Positions 62,230-64,000 of a stretch of DNA of 64,000 nucleotides are shown here, piece after piece. Positions within the stretch are counted from its first letter, which is position 1. Each line of letters starts with the position of its first letter. The notes under the pieces are model-generated. The model worked only from the letters and a program-made list of their open reading frames with translations. It did not search any database and was not told where the DNA came from. Origin of the DNA: Lama glama (taxonomy: Eukaryota); contig CM052816.1 in assembly GCA_028534125.1 (NCBI GenBank), positions 248,001 to 312,000 on the forward strand, in the 5' to 3' direction. Made by a program: the position numbers and the translations under genes.

Positions 62230-63255
62230 TTTTTGCCAATAATTGCAGTTGTGAGACATAATACAGAGGGGTGCCAATACCCTTTGCTCAGTTCCTCCCC
62301 ATGGTAACTTTTAGCAAAAACGTGCTGGTGTGTGTCACACCGGGATATTGACTCTGTTACCATCTGATGGCCTCGTTCAGAGCCCACCATTGTCTTTGTG
62401 CTCATTTGTGTACATGTGTTGAGTTCTGTGCAGTTTTATCTCATGGGGAAGTTAGCATGTCTCCACTAGAGTCAAGACGTAGAACATCTCCATCCCACAG
62501 GGTCCTGTTGGCTCTTTATAGTCACACCCATGTTAACCCATCCTTAACCCCTGGGCATCGCTGATCTGCTCTCCATTTCTAAAATTCATCATTTCAAACA
62601 TGTTACGTAAACGAAATCTTACCATAACCTCTAATGTTGGCTTTTTCCACTTGCATAACTCCCTGGAGATCTGGCCAGGCTGTATCAACAAGTGATTTCT
62701 CTCTGTGGCTCAGCCCGATTCCATGGTATGGCCCTCCAGAGCCTGTTCAACCATCCACCTGTGCCAGGACATTAGCGTTGCCTCCAATTTGGGGTGATTA
62801 CAAATAAAGCTGCTATAAACACTCATATACAGTTTTCTTGAGAACACAAATTTCATTTCTCTGGGATAAATTCCCAGGAGAGCAATGGCTGGGTCATACG
62901 TTAGCTCCGTGTTTAGTTTTATATGGAACTGGAAACTTTTCCAGAGTGGCTGCACCATTCTACATTCCTGCCAGCATCGTGCCAGAGATCCAGTTTCTCT
63001 GCGTCTTCGTCAGCATTTGCAGTTTTCACTAATTTTAATTTTTAGCCATTCTGATAGGCATGCAGGGTATGTCATGGTGGTTTCACTTTAACTCTCCTCG
63101 ATTGCTAAATGGCGTTGAACCTCCTTTCATGCGCTTATCTGCCACCTATGTGTGCTCTTTGGTGACATGACTTCTCATGAATTTTGCCCCCTTAGCAACT
63201 GGGTTGTTTATTTTTACCATTGATTATATATTTCGATACCAGTCCTTTGTTGGAT
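62230..63255 (-). mobile_element. L1M fragment (antisense)
   Basis: gggataaattcccaggagagcaatggctgggtcata..., ggctgcaccattctacattcc, ttagccattctgatagg. Confidence 0.75.
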
Positions 63256-63256
63256 G

Positions 63257-63895
63257 TGGTAGATTCTCATTATTTGCAGTAGTTATGTTCTATCGCGTCC
63301 CAGCAAACACTGAATTGATGAAGAGTGAGCTCCCAGGGAAAGAAGGGAGGTAGGTTCCTGCCCGCCTCTGGTCACATTTTTGTCAGTTGATCAATAGGTA
63401 CCTTTATTTGATACGTGCATCTGTTTAAAGATGCCTTATCTCATATATACTGCTGGCACATTAATGATGAACTCATGGCCGACAGCATGGTGACTTGTAC
63501 CTGAAGGAAGGTCACCCAAGGAATTTTCTCCGTGAGGCACATCACAGCCCTCTTGTGCTCTGGACCCCTAGACAGCACTTCAGCTCTTATTCTTGGGGGC
63601 TGTTTTAAACAGGTAATCACCAAGGAAAAGCACAAAAATGCAAAAAATGTAGCACCGAATCAACCATGCAAAGAACATTTGTTTACAGCCTGAGAGCTGG
63701 GGTGCGAAGGCAGAGCAGCGCCTTGTTCCTCTTCAGCTGGGAATGTGGGCGTTGGGAGAGCCGAGCATTCACTGGTCTGAGCATGTCCACGAGGGCTGCG
63801 AAAGCACCTCGAGGACTGATTTGGGGATCACAAGTTAAACTTAGGGAGTAGGTGAGTTCAAAAATAGAGACCCTGAGGGTAATGAGGATTGACTG
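63257..63895. mobile_element. MER82-like TcMar-Tigger DNA transposon
   Basis: Terminal inverted repeats (agattctcatta ... taatgaggattgactg) and internal aggcacatcacagcc...agacagcacttcagc. Confidence 0.7.
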
Positions 63896-63905
63896 TGGTT
63901 TGAAA

Positions 63906-64000
63906 TACGGTCATCCCTTGGTATCCTGGGGGCTTGGTTTCAGGACCGCCTTGGGTACCCAAATCCGAGGATGCTCAAGTCCCTTATATGAAACGGTGTA
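63906..64000. mobile_element. MER2-like Tigger element (truncated by window end)
   Basis: cccttggtatcc.ggggg.ttgg.ttcaggacc...ggatgctcaagtcccttatat. Confidence 0.7.

Overview
Mammalian genomic DNA, not prokaryotic. It is most likely camelid, judged from a tRNA-derived vic-1-like SINE at ~58.2-58.3 kb and no Alu, B1 or Bov-tA repeats that I could recognise. The window holds the conserved gene block syntenic to human 1q42.13: ARF1 (+, promoter outside the window), C1orf35/MMTAG2 (-), MRPL55 (-), GUK1 (+), GJC2/Cx47 (+) and IBA57 (+), then repeat-rich intergenic DNA. All six CDSs could be reassembled exon by exon with GT-AG sites and consistent phases. A 500-N assembly gap lies in IBA57 intron 1. 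The most striking unexplained signal is a young, TSD-flanked, betaretrovirus-like solo LTR (46505-46957), nested in a MER21-like LTR inside an L1, 1.3 kb upstream of IBA57. Its U3 carries a near-exact half of the type-D retrovirus constitutive transport element (NXF1/TAP-binding RNA export hairpin). Other points are a compact CRE-rich bidirectional MRPL55/GUK1 promoter, a candidate stop-containing cassette exon that would switch GUK1 between mitochondrial and cytosolic forms, the mirtron-position ARF1 intron, and SOX10-type sites at GJC2 exon 1. Comparisons to human and viral sequences are from memory and need database confirmation.
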